From Phenylobacterium sp. (lineage in GTDB: Bacteria; Pseudomonadota; Alphaproteobacteria; Caulobacterales; Caulobacteraceae), in contig JBJTEN010000050.1 of NCBI GenBank assembly GCA_046092925.1, forward strand, positions 1 to 40,106: DNA of 40,106 nucleotides, given 5' to 3'. The notes under the pieces were generated by a model. The model worked only from the letters and a program-made list of their open reading frames with translations. It ran no database searches and was not told the DNA's origin. This document shows, piece by piece, positions 21,178 through 30,487 of the stretch. Positions within the stretch are counted from its first letter, which is position 1, and each line of letters begins with the position of its first letter. Both the position numbers and the translations under genes were made by a program.

Positions 21178-22419
21178 TCAGGGGTGGATGATCCCCCGGA
21201 TCATGGCCTCGGTGAACAGGTTCGCCCCCGACTCGGGACTGTCGCCAGGCTGCCACCAGGACAGCTCCGATGCGGCGTTGATCCCGGCCGTCAGAATCTG
21301 GGCGGTGATGGCCGTGTCGAGGGCGCGGATGGAACCGTCGGCGATCCCGTCGCAGAGCATGGACCCAAGCCGGATGGAAATCTGCCGAAGACGGAACATG
21401 AGGTCCGCGCGGATCTCCTCCGGCACCGTCGACAGGGCGCTGGTCCGCAGCAGCGGGGCGGGCCCCACCTGCAGCTGGACGACGGCGCTGAGCAGGGAGT
21501 GCATCACCTCCAGGCCTTCGCCCCCCGCCGCCTCCGCGGCGTCTATGGCGCGCCAGAGGACGTCGAAGGTCCGCTGGAAGCAGGCCACCACCAGGTCATC
21601 CTTGGTGGCGTTGTAGTGGTAGAAGGCGCCCTTGGTGACATTCAGCTTCGAGGAAATCCGGTCAACCGACGCCCCGTGATAGCCTTCATCATTGATCAGC
21701 TGGGTGGCGGCGCGCAGGAAGTGCTCGGCTGAGCCCTCGTCGATCTCCTCGCCGCCGGGCTGGAGGTCAAGGACACGGGCGCCGGGGACATTCCCGCCCC
21801 TCGGGATTCCGTCCAGCAGGATGGAGGCTATCCTCTGGCTGATGCGCGGATAGTCCTCGACCCGCCAAGTGTAGATCCAGGCGCTGACGAAGGTCAGGGC
21901 GCTGATGAGCAGATGGGTGCGTCCGTTGAGGTCCGCCCGGGTGCGGTTCTCCCGGCGGTCCAGCAGGGCGCGGACCGTCCGGAACATGCCGACATAGGCC
22001 TCGTTCACGGAGGCGCTGTTGAGGGCCCTGACGTCGTTGAAGACGGTCAGGGGCTCGGCCTCGCCCAGTTCGATGCGCTGCTGGAGGCCGATGAACTGGT
22101 CGATGAAGACCTGCACCCGCTCGCGCTCCGTGACATGGCCGCGCGCCATCTCGGCCATCTCGCGGATCCTGCCGATGCTGCGCTCGAAGGCTGCGGCGGC
22201 CAGGTCTTCCTTGTTGCGGAAGTAATAGATGACCCCCGTGGGCACCAGGTCGAGGCGGGCCGCGACGTCGCCCAGGGTCATGCCCCGCACGCCGTGCCGG
22301 TTCATCTCGCGGATGGCCGAAGCGATGATGGCGTCCCGCCTCGCCATGTATCGCCGGCTCGGCGTCCGGCCCGAGGCGGCGGCGGGGGCGGCCCCTTCGG
22401 GAGGATGTTCGGTGGTCAT
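21178..22419 (-). CDS. Transcriptional regulator with two tandem TetR/AcrR domains
   Basis: HTH1: IIASAIREMNRHGVRGMTLGDVAARLDLVPTGVIYYFRNKEDL. HTH2: FLRAATQLINDEGYHGASVDRISSKLNVTKGAFYHYNATKDDL. 413 aa. Confidence 0.9.
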   Translation of the reverse strand: MTTEHPPEGAAPAAASGRTPSRRYMARRDAIIASAIREMNRHGVRGMTLGDVAARLDLVPTGVIYYFRNKEDLAAAAFERSIGRIREMAEMARGHVTERERVQVFIDQFIGLQQRIELGEAEPLTVFNDVRALNSASVNEAYVGMFRTVRALLDRRENRTRADLNGRTHLLISALTFVSAWIYTWRVEDYPRISQRIASILLDGIPRGGNVPGARVLDLQPGGEEIDEGSAEHFLRAATQLINDEGYHGASVDRISSKLNVTKGAFYHYNATKDDLVVACFQRTFDVLWRAIDAAEAAGGEGLEVMHSLLSAVVQLQVGPAPLLRTSALSTVPEEIRADLMFRLRQISIRLGSMLCDGIADGSIRALDTAITAQILTAGINAASELSWWQPGDSPESGANLFTEAMIRGIIHP

Positions 22420-22543
22420 CGGACGGCTCCGCTAAGGGCGCCGCTGCGGCGCCCAGAGGCTCAAGCGGGGATAGATCGGCTTGTGAGGTCGGTCAATCAG
22501 GGCCAATCTCGCAGCCCACAGGGCGCGCAGACGTCGGGGGGAA

Positions 22544-23737
22544 ATGACCATGCTGCTGCAGGGACTGAAGGTCGTCGAGCTCGCCACCTGGATCGCCGCG
22601 CCCGGATGCGCCGCAATCATGGCCGACTGGGGCGCCGACGTGATCAAGGTGGAGTCGCTGGGCGGCGACGCCACCCGCACCTTCTTCCCCGAGAGCGCCG
22701 AGACCCCGGGCAAACCCATCATCACCATGGAAAACCGGGGCAAGCGCGGCGTGGCCCTGGACATCGCCTCCGCCGAGGGACGCGAGGCCCTTCTGGCGAT
22801 ACTCAAGGATGCGGACGTCTTCATCACCAACCTGCGTCCCGGCGCCCTGAAACGGGCCCGGCTCGACTACGAGACGCTGAAGGCGGCCTTCCCCAGGCTG
22901 ATCTACGCCAGCGTCTCCGGGGTGGGGCTGGAGGGGCCGGACGTGGACCTGCCGGCCTTCGACATCACCGTCTTCTGGACCAAGAGCGGGGTCGGGCGCT
23001 CGCACATTCCCCCGGACCAGGAGCCCTTCGCCTGCCGGCCGGGCTTCGGCGACCACACCACCGCCCTCGCCACCCTGTCGTCGGTGCTGGCGGCCCTGCA
23101 CGAACGCCATGCAACCGGGCGCGGCCGGCTGGTGGAATGCTCGCTCCTCCAGACCGCCGCTTACGCCCTGGGCTGGGACATGGCCACCCAGCTGCGGTTT
23201 GGCGAGGCGCCGACCACCCAGCCCCGCCACATGCGGCCGCATCCGATCTCCGGCATCTACTTCCGGACCCTGGACGACCGCTGGATCACCTTCGTGCTCA
23301 AGGGCCCCGCCTGCTATCCGACGCTCATGAAGGTGCTGGGCCACCCGGAGGTGATCGACGATCCCCGCTACGCCCTGCCGACCACGGACCTCGACATCGT
23401 TCGCGAGATCCGGGCGCGGGTGGACGCCGCCTTTGCGCGCATGACCCTGGCCGAAGCGGCGGTGATCCTGACCGAGGCGGACCTGGCCTGGGCGCCCCTG
23501 CAGAGCCTGTCCGAGGTGGTGGGCAGCGAGCAGTACCTGGCCACGGGCTGCGCCGTGGAGGTCTCGGACGGCTGGGGAGGCCGCATGGCCTCGCCGGCGG
23601 CGCCGGGCCGCTTCCCCGAGGGGGCGCCGGAGGTGACCCGCGGGGCGCCGAAGCTGGGCGAGCACACCCGGGAGGTCCTGGCCGAGGCCGGGGTCACGGA
23701 GGACGTGATCCAAAAAGTCATGGCCCGGCTCTTGTGA
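22544..23737 (+). CDS. CaiB/BaiF family (class III) CoA-transferase
   Basis: LQGLKVVEL, GADVIKVE, NRGKRG, ADVFITNLRPG, catalytic Asp in GFGD, APKLGEHT. Confidence 0.92.
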   Translation: MTMLLQGLKVVELATWIAAPGCAAIMADWGADVIKVESLGGDATRTFFPESAETPGKPIITMENRGKRGVALDIASAEGREALLAILKDADVFITNLRPGALKRARLDYETLKAAFPRLIYASVSGVGLEGPDVDLPAFDITVFWTKSGVGRSHIPPDQEPFACRPGFGDHTTALATLSSVLAALHERHATGRGRLVECSLLQTAAYALGWDMATQLRFGEAPTTQPRHMRPHPISGIYFRTLDDRWITFVLKGPACYPTLMKVLGHPEVIDDPRYALPTTDLDIVREIRARVDAAFARMTLAEAAVILTEADLAWAPLQSLSEVVGSEQYLATGCAVEVSDGWGGRMASPAAPGRFPEGAPEVTRGAPKLGEHTREVLAEAGVTEDVIQKVMARLL

Positions 23738-23767
23738 GCGCGGGCCACGACAGGCGCTGAAGCGTCA

Positions 23768-23789
23768 GCCCCCGCCCGGAGGCGGGGGC
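23768..23789. terminator. Hairpin between convergent CoA-transferase and thiolase genes
   Basis: GCCCCCGCC-CGGA-GGCGGGGGC, a perfect 9-bp stem with weak U tracts. Confidence 0.55.
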
Positions 23790-23797
23790 CTTGGCGA

Positions 23798-24970
23798 TCA
23801 GTTATAGACTTCGAACAGGCCGGCGCCGCCCTGGCCGCCGCCGATGCACATGGTCACCACGGCCCACTTGGCCTTGCGGCGCTGGCCTTCCTGCAGGACG
23901 TGGCCCGTCAGGCGGGCGCCGGTCATGCCGAAGGGGTGGCCGATGGCGATGGAGCCGCCGTTGACGTTGTACTTCTCGGGATCGATGCCGAGGTGGTCAC
24001 GGCAGTAGAGGCACTGGCTGGCGAAGGCCTCGTTCAGTTCCCACAGGTCGATGTCGTCGACCTTCAGACCATTCCGCTTCAGGAGCTTCGGGATGGCGAA
24101 GACCGGGCCGATGCCCATTTCGTCGGGCTCGCAGCCGGCGACGGCCCAGGAGACGAAGCCGCCGAGGGGCTTGAGGCCCCGGCGCTCGGCTTCCTTGCCT
24201 TCCATCAGGAGGACCGCGGCGGCGCCGTCGGACAGCTGGGAGGCGTTGCCGGCGGTGATGAAGTTGCCGGCGCCCTTGACGGGCTCGAGCTTGGCCAGGC
24301 CCTCGAGGGTGGTGTCGGGGCGGTTACACTCGTCGCGGGTCACGGTGTAATCGACGATGGTCTCTTCCTTCGTGTCCTTGTTGACCTGCTTCATCTTGGT
24401 CTTCATCGGGACGATTTCGTCGGCGAACAGGTTGGCCTGCTGGGCGGCGGCCATGCGCTGCTGAGAGCGGAGGGAGAACTCGTCCTGGGCCTCGCGGCTG
24501 ACATTGTAGCGCTTGGCTACGATGTCCGCGGTGTCGATCATGGCCATGTAGATGGCCGGGGCGATCTTCGACAGTTCCGGGTCCATCGCCTCGGGCGGGA
24601 AACGTCCGCCAGACACCGAGATGCTCTCGACGCCGCCGGCCACGACGCAGTCGGCGCCGTCACCGCGGATGTGGTTCGCCGCCATGGCGATGGTCTGGAG
24701 ACCGGAGGAGCAGAAGCGGTTCACGGATACGCCCGCGGTGGTCACCGGCATGCCGGCCAGGAGGGCGGCCTGGCGGCCGATGTTCGGGGCGGCGTGGGCG
24801 TTGTTGCCGAGGAAGCAGTCTTCGACGAAGTCCTTCTCGACACCCGACTTCTCCACCGCGTGCTTGATGGCGTGGGCCGCCATGGACATCGGCGGCGTCA
24901 TGTTGAACCCGCCACGGCCGGCCTTGGCCAGTCCTGTACGGGCATAGGAAACGATTACGGCTTCACGCAT
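23798..24970 (-). CDS. Acetyl-CoA C-acyltransferase (thiolase)
   Basis: NRFCSSGLQ, TAGNAS, NEAFA, GHPFG, MCIGGGQG. GGGAGG RBS. Confidence 0.95.
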   Translation of the reverse strand: MREAVIVSYARTGLAKAGRGGFNMTPPMSMAAHAIKHAVEKSGVEKDFVEDCFLGNNAHAAPNIGRQAALLAGMPVTTAGVSVNRFCSSGLQTIAMAANHIRGDGADCVVAGGVESISVSGGRFPPEAMDPELSKIAPAIYMAMIDTADIVAKRYNVSREAQDEFSLRSQQRMAAAQQANLFADEIVPMKTKMKQVNKDTKEETIVDYTVTRDECNRPDTTLEGLAKLEPVKGAGNFITAGNASQLSDGAAAVLLMEGKEAERRGLKPLGGFVSWAVAGCEPDEMGIGPVFAIPKLLKRNGLKVDDIDLWELNEAFASQCLYCRDHLGIDPEKYNVNGGSIAIGHPFGMTGARLTGHVLQEGQRRKAKWAVVTMCIGGGQGGAGLFEVYN

Positions 24971-25033
24971 GAGAAGAACCTCCCTTTGTCTTCTTGGTTA
25001 TGGCCGCGCAGGTCGGCCTTGGCAATGTGAATC

Positions 25034-25059
25034 CCCCGGCGGAAAGCGGTCCGCCGGGG
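25034..25059. terminator. Hairpin downstream of the MDR gene (possible terminator or processing element)
   Basis: CCCCGGCGGA-N6-TCCGCCGGGG, a 10-bp stem with a weak U tract. Confidence 0.4.
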
Positions 25060-25070
25060 CGGTCTCGGGG

Positions 25071-26210
25071 TCAGGGCCGGACCAGGAACTTCTCGCCGGT
25101 GGCCTTGCGGTTGCAGGCCTGGACGACTGCGGGGGTGAGCAGGTCGCCGAGCGAGACCTCGGTGGTGTAGCCCGAGGCGAATGTGGTCTTCAGGTTGCCC
25201 ACGACCCTTGCCCGGAGACGGTCGGCGGCCTCCTTGCCGATCCGGATCAGGAAGGGGGTCAGCAGCCAGCCGCCCAGGCCCCAGGCCATGCCGAACCCGC
25301 GGTTCAGCTCGGTCGGGCCTGTGTCGAGGCCGCCATAGATGTAGACCTGCTTGTGGGTGGTGGAGCCATAGCGCGAGAAGCCAGCCGGGTTGCGGGCGTT
25401 GGCGGCGATCTCCATGGCGGTGAGGATCTGGCCGGCGAGCTTGCCGCCGCCGATGGCGTCGAAGCCGAGGGTGGCGCCGGTCTCGGTCAGGGCCGCCACC
25501 AGGCTCTCCATGAAGTCGGGCTGGGAGGAGTCGCAGACCACCTTTGCGCCCTGATCCTTCAGGATCTTCGCCTGGGCCGGGCTGCGTACGATGTTCACGA
25601 GGGGCACGCCGTCCTCCAGGCAGATGCGGTTCAGCATCTGGCCGAGATTGGAGGCTGCGGCGGTGTGGACGAGGCCGGAATGGCCCTCGAGCTTCATGGT
25701 CTCGACCATGCCCAGGGCCGTCAGCGGGTTGACGAAGCAGGAGGCGCCGTCCCGGGGATCCGTCCCCTCGGGCAGGAGCTGGGCGTCGGCGGCGCGCACG
25801 CAGCGGTACTCGGCGTATATCTCGCCGCCGAGGATGGCCACGGTGCGGCCGAGCAGGGCCTGGGCCTCCGGGGAGGCGCCGGCGGCGACGACCTCGCCTG
25901 CGCCCTCGTTACCGACGGGCAGGGCGGCGCCGGCGCGGGCGGCCACCGCCCGGCGCAGGGACTGAGGTATGGGCGCCGAGAGAACGGCCGACTCGCCGCT
26001 CCCCGAGACGCTCGCCTTCTCCAGGTCGGCCGGCCCCACCAGCAGGCCGAGGTCAGAGGGGTTGATGGGCGTGGCGCGGACCCGCACGAGGACCTCGCCG
26101 TCGCCGGGCTTCGGCGTCGGAACCCGGGCCAGGGACAGGCGCAGTTCCGAGGCGTCGGCGGTGACCTCGGTGCGCAGCTGGAGGAAGGTGTCGGGAACGG
26201 ACGTGGTCAT
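25071..26210 (-). CDS. MDR-superfamily, zinc-independent NAD(P)H oxidoreductase (enoyl-reductase-like)
   Basis: EVLVRVRATPINPSDL, GNEGAG, VNPLTA, HTAAASNLG, FDAIGGG. No zinc-binding Cys cluster. Confidence 0.85.
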   Translation of the reverse strand: MTTSVPDTFLQLRTEVTADASELRLSLARVPTPKPGDGEVLVRVRATPINPSDLGLLVGPADLEKASVSGSGESAVLSAPIPQSLRRAVAARAGAALPVGNEGAGEVVAAGASPEAQALLGRTVAILGGEIYAEYRCVRAADAQLLPEGTDPRDGASCFVNPLTALGMVETMKLEGHSGLVHTAAASNLGQMLNRICLEDGVPLVNIVRSPAQAKILKDQGAKVVCDSSQPDFMESLVAALTETGATLGFDAIGGGKLAGQILTAMEIAANARNPAGFSRYGSTTHKQVYIYGGLDTGPTELNRGFGMAWGLGGWLLTPFLIRIGKEAADRLRARVVGNLKTTFASGYTTEVSLGDLLTPAVVQACNRKATGEKFLVRP

Positions 26211-26236
26211 GGGGGCGCCTCTCTTCGTCTGGGCGG

Positions 26237-26268
26237 CGATACGCTCATTTGAGCCGGGGGTATGTCAA
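26237..26268 (-). promoter_or_regulatory. Predicted promoter (TTGACA at 26263-26268) overlapped by two candidate operators
   Basis: TCAAATGAGCGTATCG (minus, 26237-26252) and TGAGCCGGGGGTATGT (plus, 26250-26265) cover the -10 and -35 regions upstream of the MDR gene. Confidence 0.55.
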
Positions 26269-26990
26269 GGGCGGGCGGCGTCGCCGATCCGCGAGGGGGC
26301 GGCCCCGCCCTCGCCGGGCCGGGCCTGGACGGCGTCGAAGACGTCGCCATCCGGCGGAACGGGACGGCGCATGGCCGCCTTGATCCCGGCCAGGGTCCCG
26401 GCCGGCCAGCCCGCCATCCGCACTGCGGCGGCCCGGGCGTGATCAAGGACGGCGGCGTCGGGGACCAGGGCCCAGGCCAGGCCGAGGCGATGCAGGTCGG
26501 CGCCGTTCATGCGTCCCGCCCCGAGAGCCAGCTGGGCGACGACGGACTCGGCCGCCCGGAGCCTCAGCCAGGCCAGGTTCATCGGGGCGTGCATGCCGAT
26601 GGCCGCCTCGCCCACGGTCAGGACGGCGCCCTCGCCGGCGACGAGGAGGTCGGAGGCCAGGGCCAGGGAGGCGCCGGCGTTGATGGCGTACCGCTCCAAT
26701 GCGCAGATGACGACCGCCGGGCAGGCGTAGAGATCGCGGTGAAAGCCGGTCCAGTCCCGGGCCCATCCGCCGGCCGCCGCGCCCTGGAAGAGGTCGACGT
26801 CGAGCCCCGAGCAGAAGGTCCCGCCCTCTCCGCGAAGCAGGATCACCCGCGATCCCGCCTCCAGCAGCGCCGCAAGCCCCGCCCGCAGGGCCCCTGCGGA
26901 CTCCGGGGCCAGGGCGTTGCGGCGCGCAGGCCGGTCGAGCGCGAGCTCGCCCCAACCCTCTTCCTGGGAGACCCTTACCGGGGCGCTCAA
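26265..26990 (-). CDS. Enoyl-CoA hydratase/isomerase family protein
   Basis: TTG start overlaps the MFS stop (TTGA). Motifs LALDRPARRNAL, GEGGTFCSGLD, GASLALASD, GEAAIG. The longer N-terminus in the ORF track is an alternative frame of the MFS gene. Confidence 0.85.
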   Translation of the reverse strand: MSAPVRVSQEEGWGELALDRPARRNALAPESAGALRAGLAALLEAGSRVILLRGEGGTFCSGLDVDLFQGAAAGGWARDWTGFHRDLYACPAVVICALERYAINAGASLALASDLLVAGEGAVLTVGEAAIGMHAPMNLAWLRLRAAESVVAQLALGAGRMNGADLHRLGLAWALVPDAAVLDHARAAAVRMAGWPAGTLAGIKAAMRRPVPPDGDVFDAVQARPGEGGAAPSRIGDAARP

Positions 26991-28444
26991 GTGGGATCGT
27001 TCCCTTCGATCCTGGAGAGGTTCTGGCTGTGGGCGGCCTCGTCGATCCGGTAGAGGGACCAGGTCAGGATCGAGAGCAGGAGGAGCACGAAGGTCATCGG
27101 CAGATACAGCCAGCCGACCTGCATGATCAGCTCCATGGTCTTGTCGCTGGGCGGAGCCTTGGTCGGGAAGGCGACGGCCGCCAGGATCAGGCCGGGGATC
27201 AGGGCTGCAATGGCGTTGACCACCTTGCTCGGCAGGCTGTCGGCGGTGGTCAGGAGGCCCTCCGCCCGCCGTCCGGTCTTCACCTGCACTTCCTCGACGA
27301 TATCGCCGATCATGGACGAAGCGAGGATGTAGCCCGCCGTCGAGCTTGCGGTCTGGACAAAGGCGAAGAAGGCGAGAACCCCCAGCAGGTAGGGCGTTCC
27401 GTTGAGCTCCAGAATCCCCACCAGTTTCAGGAACATGGGCGCCAGGCCGAAGATGAGGCCGGAGAAGAACAGCGTCATGGCGCCGATCCTCTTGCCGAGG
27501 CGACGACCGATCCGGGGCGCGAGCAGGCCGCCGATCAGGGGGCCGGGAATGCCGAGAAGGGTGAGGATCAGGATGTCCTGGGCCTTCAGTTCCCAAAGGT
27601 AGGTCTGGAAATAGAGGCCAAGGCCGGTCCCGATGCCAAAGCCCAGGCCTCCGAGGATCTGGGCGGAAAGGGCGACCAGGAAGTTCCGGTTGGTCAGGGT
27701 GACCCGGGCGTCGCGCCAGTCGTCGCGGAAGGTCCTGTCCGGTTCCTTGGGCGGATGGCTGAAGGCGGCGGCCTGCTTCTGGGTGCCGAGCGCCATGGTC
27801 AGGCCGGCGGCCAGGATCACCATGGTCACGGTGATCGCCAGGGGACCGTATCCGTCCGGGTTGAGCTGACCCACCGGGAACTCGGGAGTCTGTTTGAGGA
27901 AGACCCCGTAGATCAGCACTGCGCCAAGTGCGGCGCCGAGCGTCCCCAGCATCCAGCGATAGCTGAGAAGCAGGGTGCGGTCGTGGTATTCCGGCGCCAG
28001 TTCGGGCGCCAGCGCCCCGGACGGGACTTCAAAGAGACTCCACGCCAGGTTCACGAAGAGCCCGGTCCCCAGAATGTACCAGAACATCATCTCAGCGTCC
28101 CAGTGCGGCGGGTGCCAGCGCAGGAAGAGAGCGATGGGGATCAGGAGAAGGCCGACGTAGATGAAGGGGTGCCGGCGACCGAAGCGCGACCGGAACTGGT
28201 CCGAGGAGTGGCCGATCAGCGGGTCCCAGAAACCATCCACGAAAATGACCAGGGAGATGGCGACGCTGACAACCGCCGCGTTCACTCCGACCACCTGGCT
28301 GTAGAAGAAGAGCGCCAGGCCCCCAAGGGACCCGTAAATGCCGTTCGCGAGCGAACCGGACCCGTAGAAGGCTTTTGTCTGGAGTGTAAGCCGCCGGCGA
28401 ATGGTGCTGCCGGAAGAACTCACTCCGGCGTCCTGAACGGTCAT
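26987..28444 (-). CDS. MFS transporter, glycoside-pentoside-hexuronide (MelB-like) family
   Basis: KAFYGSG, DGFWDPLIGHSSD..RSRFGRRHPF, ALAPELAPEYHDRT, DIVEE..TGRRAEG, about 12 hydrophobic segments. Confidence 0.9.
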   Translation of the reverse strand: MTVQDAGVSSSGSTIRRRLTLQTKAFYGSGSLANGIYGSLGGLALFFYSQVVGVNAAVVSVAISLVIFVDGFWDPLIGHSSDQFRSRFGRRHPFIYVGLLLIPIALFLRWHPPHWDAEMMFWYILGTGLFVNLAWSLFEVPSGALAPELAPEYHDRTLLLSYRWMLGTLGAALGAVLIYGVFLKQTPEFPVGQLNPDGYGPLAITVTMVILAAGLTMALGTQKQAAAFSHPPKEPDRTFRDDWRDARVTLTNRNFLVALSAQILGGLGFGIGTGLGLYFQTYLWELKAQDILILTLLGIPGPLIGGLLAPRIGRRLGKRIGAMTLFFSGLIFGLAPMFLKLVGILELNGTPYLLGVLAFFAFVQTASSTAGYILASSMIGDIVEEVQVKTGRRAEGLLTTADSLPSKVVNAIAALIPGLILAAVAFPTKAPPSDKTMELIMQVGWLYLPMTFVLLLLSILTWSLYRIDEAAHSQNLSRIEGNDPT

Positions 28445-28589
28445 GACGACTCCCGTCTTTGCGGGTTCGCGACCGGAGTCACGCCCGGCCGTTCCTTCTC
28501 CCCGGGCCAGACAGCATGACGCCGGGACCATTTTGTCAAGCCGGTACGGAGAGGACGCCCGCGCCTTGCGGGCTGCGCCGCCGTGCGGG

Positions 28590-29570
28590 TCAGGCGCAGA
28601 TCAGAACGATCTTGCCCACATGGTCGCCAGCCTCGAGGGCCGCGTGCGCCTCGCCGGCGCGGGCGAGGGGGAAGGTCTGGTCGACCACCGGCCGGATGCG
28701 CCCCGCTGCGATCCAGGGCCAGACCCTCGCCTCCACCGCCGCCGTCAGCCTCGCCTTCTCGTCCGCAGAGCGCGGCCTGAGGGTCGATCCCGTCACCACG
28801 GCCCGCTTCTGCATCAGCCTGAAGATGGGCAGTGAGACCTCGCCGCCGCCCAGCGAGGCGATGAAGACGATGCGTCCGCCCGTCTTCAGGGCGTCAAGCT
28901 CCCGGAGGAAGCAGTCGCCGCCCACCATGTCGAGGACCACATCCGCGCCCCCCTCGGCCTTCACCCTCGGGCCGAAGTCCTCCGCCGAAGCGTCAATGGC
29001 GATGTCGGCGCCCAGCTCCAGGGCCCTGGCGGCCTTGGCGGCGCCCCGGGCGGTGGCGATGACCCGGGCCCCTGCGGCCTTGGCCATCTGGATGGCGGTG
29101 ACGCCTATGCCGGATGTGGCGCCGTGCACCAGAAGAGTCTCGCCGGCCTGAAGGGCGCCATGCTCGAAGACGTTCGCCCAGACCGTGAAGACCGTCTCCG
29201 GCAGCCCCGCCGCCTCTATGGGCGTCAGGCCCTCGGGAATCGGCAGGACATGCCGGGCGTCAACCACCGCATACTCCGCATAGCCGCCGCCGCCCAGGAG
29301 GGCGCAGACCCTGTCGCCCGCCCGCCAGCGACCCCCGCCGGCGACAACCTCGCCGGCCACCTCCAGGCCAAGCGTCTCCGGCGCCCCCGGCGGCGGCGGA
29401 TATCCGACCATGCGTTGCAGGAGGTCAGGCCTGTTGACCCCGGCGGCGTCGACCCGGATCAGAATCTCTCCGGCGCCCGGCTCAGGCCTGGGGATCTCCG
29501 CCGCCTTCATCGCCTCGGGCCCGCCGCGACCGCCCTCGACGGCGATGGCTGTCATCATCACCTTGCCCAT
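28590..29570 (-). CDS. NAD(P)H-quinone oxidoreductase (PIG3-like)
   Basis: AAGVNRPDLLQR, LGLEVAG, GGGYAEY, PETVFTVW, HGATSGIG, GSTLRPR, HVGKIVL. GAGGA RBS before ATG 29570. Confidence 0.92.
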   Translation of the reverse strand: MGKVMMTAIAVEGGRGGPEAMKAAEIPRPEPGAGEILIRVDAAGVNRPDLLQRMVGYPPPPGAPETLGLEVAGEVVAGGGRWRAGDRVCALLGGGGYAEYAVVDARHVLPIPEGLTPIEAAGLPETVFTVWANVFEHGALQAGETLLVHGATSGIGVTAIQMAKAAGARVIATARGAAKAARALELGADIAIDASAEDFGPRVKAEGGADVVLDMVGGDCFLRELDALKTGGRIVFIASLGGGEVSLPIFRLMQKRAVVTGSTLRPRSADEKARLTAAVEARVWPWIAAGRIRPVVDQTFPLARAGEAHAALEAGDHVGKIVLICA

Positions 29571-29687
29571 TGTCTTCCTCCCCCGCTCTCTTGCGTCCCG
29601 GCTGTCCGCAGCGTCAGATAGGCCCAGGACCGCGAGGACGCCAAGGGGTCTCGCACAGGTCCTGAGGCGAGGGGGCCGGAGGCAAGG

Positions 29688-29894
29688 ATGGAAGACGCCG
29701 AGGAGGTGCGCCGCGGGCGCGGGGCGGCCCTTGAGCAGGCGCTGAGGGAAGATCTCGAGCTGTTCTCGATCGACGACCTGCAGGAGCGGATCGGCCTCCT
29801 TGAGGCGGAGATCGAGCGCTGTCGCGGCCAGATCGGCCGGAAGGCGGCGGGGCGGAAGGCCGCGGACGCTCTTTTCAGGAAGCCGGGGGATTGA
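29688..29894 (+). CDS. DUF1192 family protein
   Basis: EDLELFSIDDLQERIGLLEAEIER...RKAADALF, in the typical position between the quinone oxidoreductase and rcdA. Confidence 0.82.
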   Translation: MEDAEEVRRGRGAALEQALREDLELFSIDDLQERIGLLEAEIERCRGQIGRKAAGRKAADALFRKPGD

Positions 29895-29989
29895 ACCTTG
29901 CTCTTGCCGCCCCTCTGGAATCCGCGCAGGCAAGGACCGGCCGGGGGCGAGTCGTCCGTTCGTCGGCAGGGCGTGGACAGGAGCCGGGG

Positions 29990-30484
29990 ATGACCTTCGG
30001 GGCGAAATCAGCTGCAATGACCAGGCCGGGCGTCGTCCTCGACCGGGCCTCGGCGGAGCTCTTCGATCGGACCTTCCGCGAAGGCATGGAACTGATCGCT
30101 GAGGTCTCGGCCTATCTCGACGGGATCGGGCGCCTGGAGTCGCGACGGATGACCCGGGAGGCGGCCTCGGCCTTCGCCGCAGAAAGCATGCGCCTGACCA
30201 CCCGCCTGATGCAGATGACGTCCTGGCTCCTGGTGCAGAAGGCCGTGCGCGAGGGCGAACTGGCCCCGGAGACCGCGGCCGAGCCGATCTATCGGCTGAC
30301 AGACTCCGGAGCGTCCAAGATCCCGTCCCGGGCCCCGGACGCCCTTGCCGGCTATTGCCGGCGGGCAGACCGCCTGTTCGAGCGCGTCAGCCGCATGGAC
30401 CGCCAGCTCTATGTGGAGATCGATGCGCCGGCCAACCCGGTCGCTTCGCAGATCGAGCGCCTTCGTTCCGCCTTCGCGGTCTGA
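29990..30484 (+). CDS. rcdA: Regulator of CtrA degradation RcdA (DUF1465)
   Basis: ELFDRTFREGMEL..E..AYLDG, ESMRLTTRLMQMTSWLLVQKAVREGE. Start 29990 chosen by RBS and length (30017 is an alternative). Confidence 0.9.
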   Translation: MTFGAKSAAMTRPGVVLDRASAELFDRTFREGMELIAEVSAYLDGIGRLESRRMTREAASAFAAESMRLTTRLMQMTSWLLVQKAVREGELAPETAAEPIYRLTDSGASKIPSRAPDALAGYCRRADRLFERVSRMDRQLYVEIDAPANPVASQIERLRSAFAV

Positions 30485-30487
30485 CGC

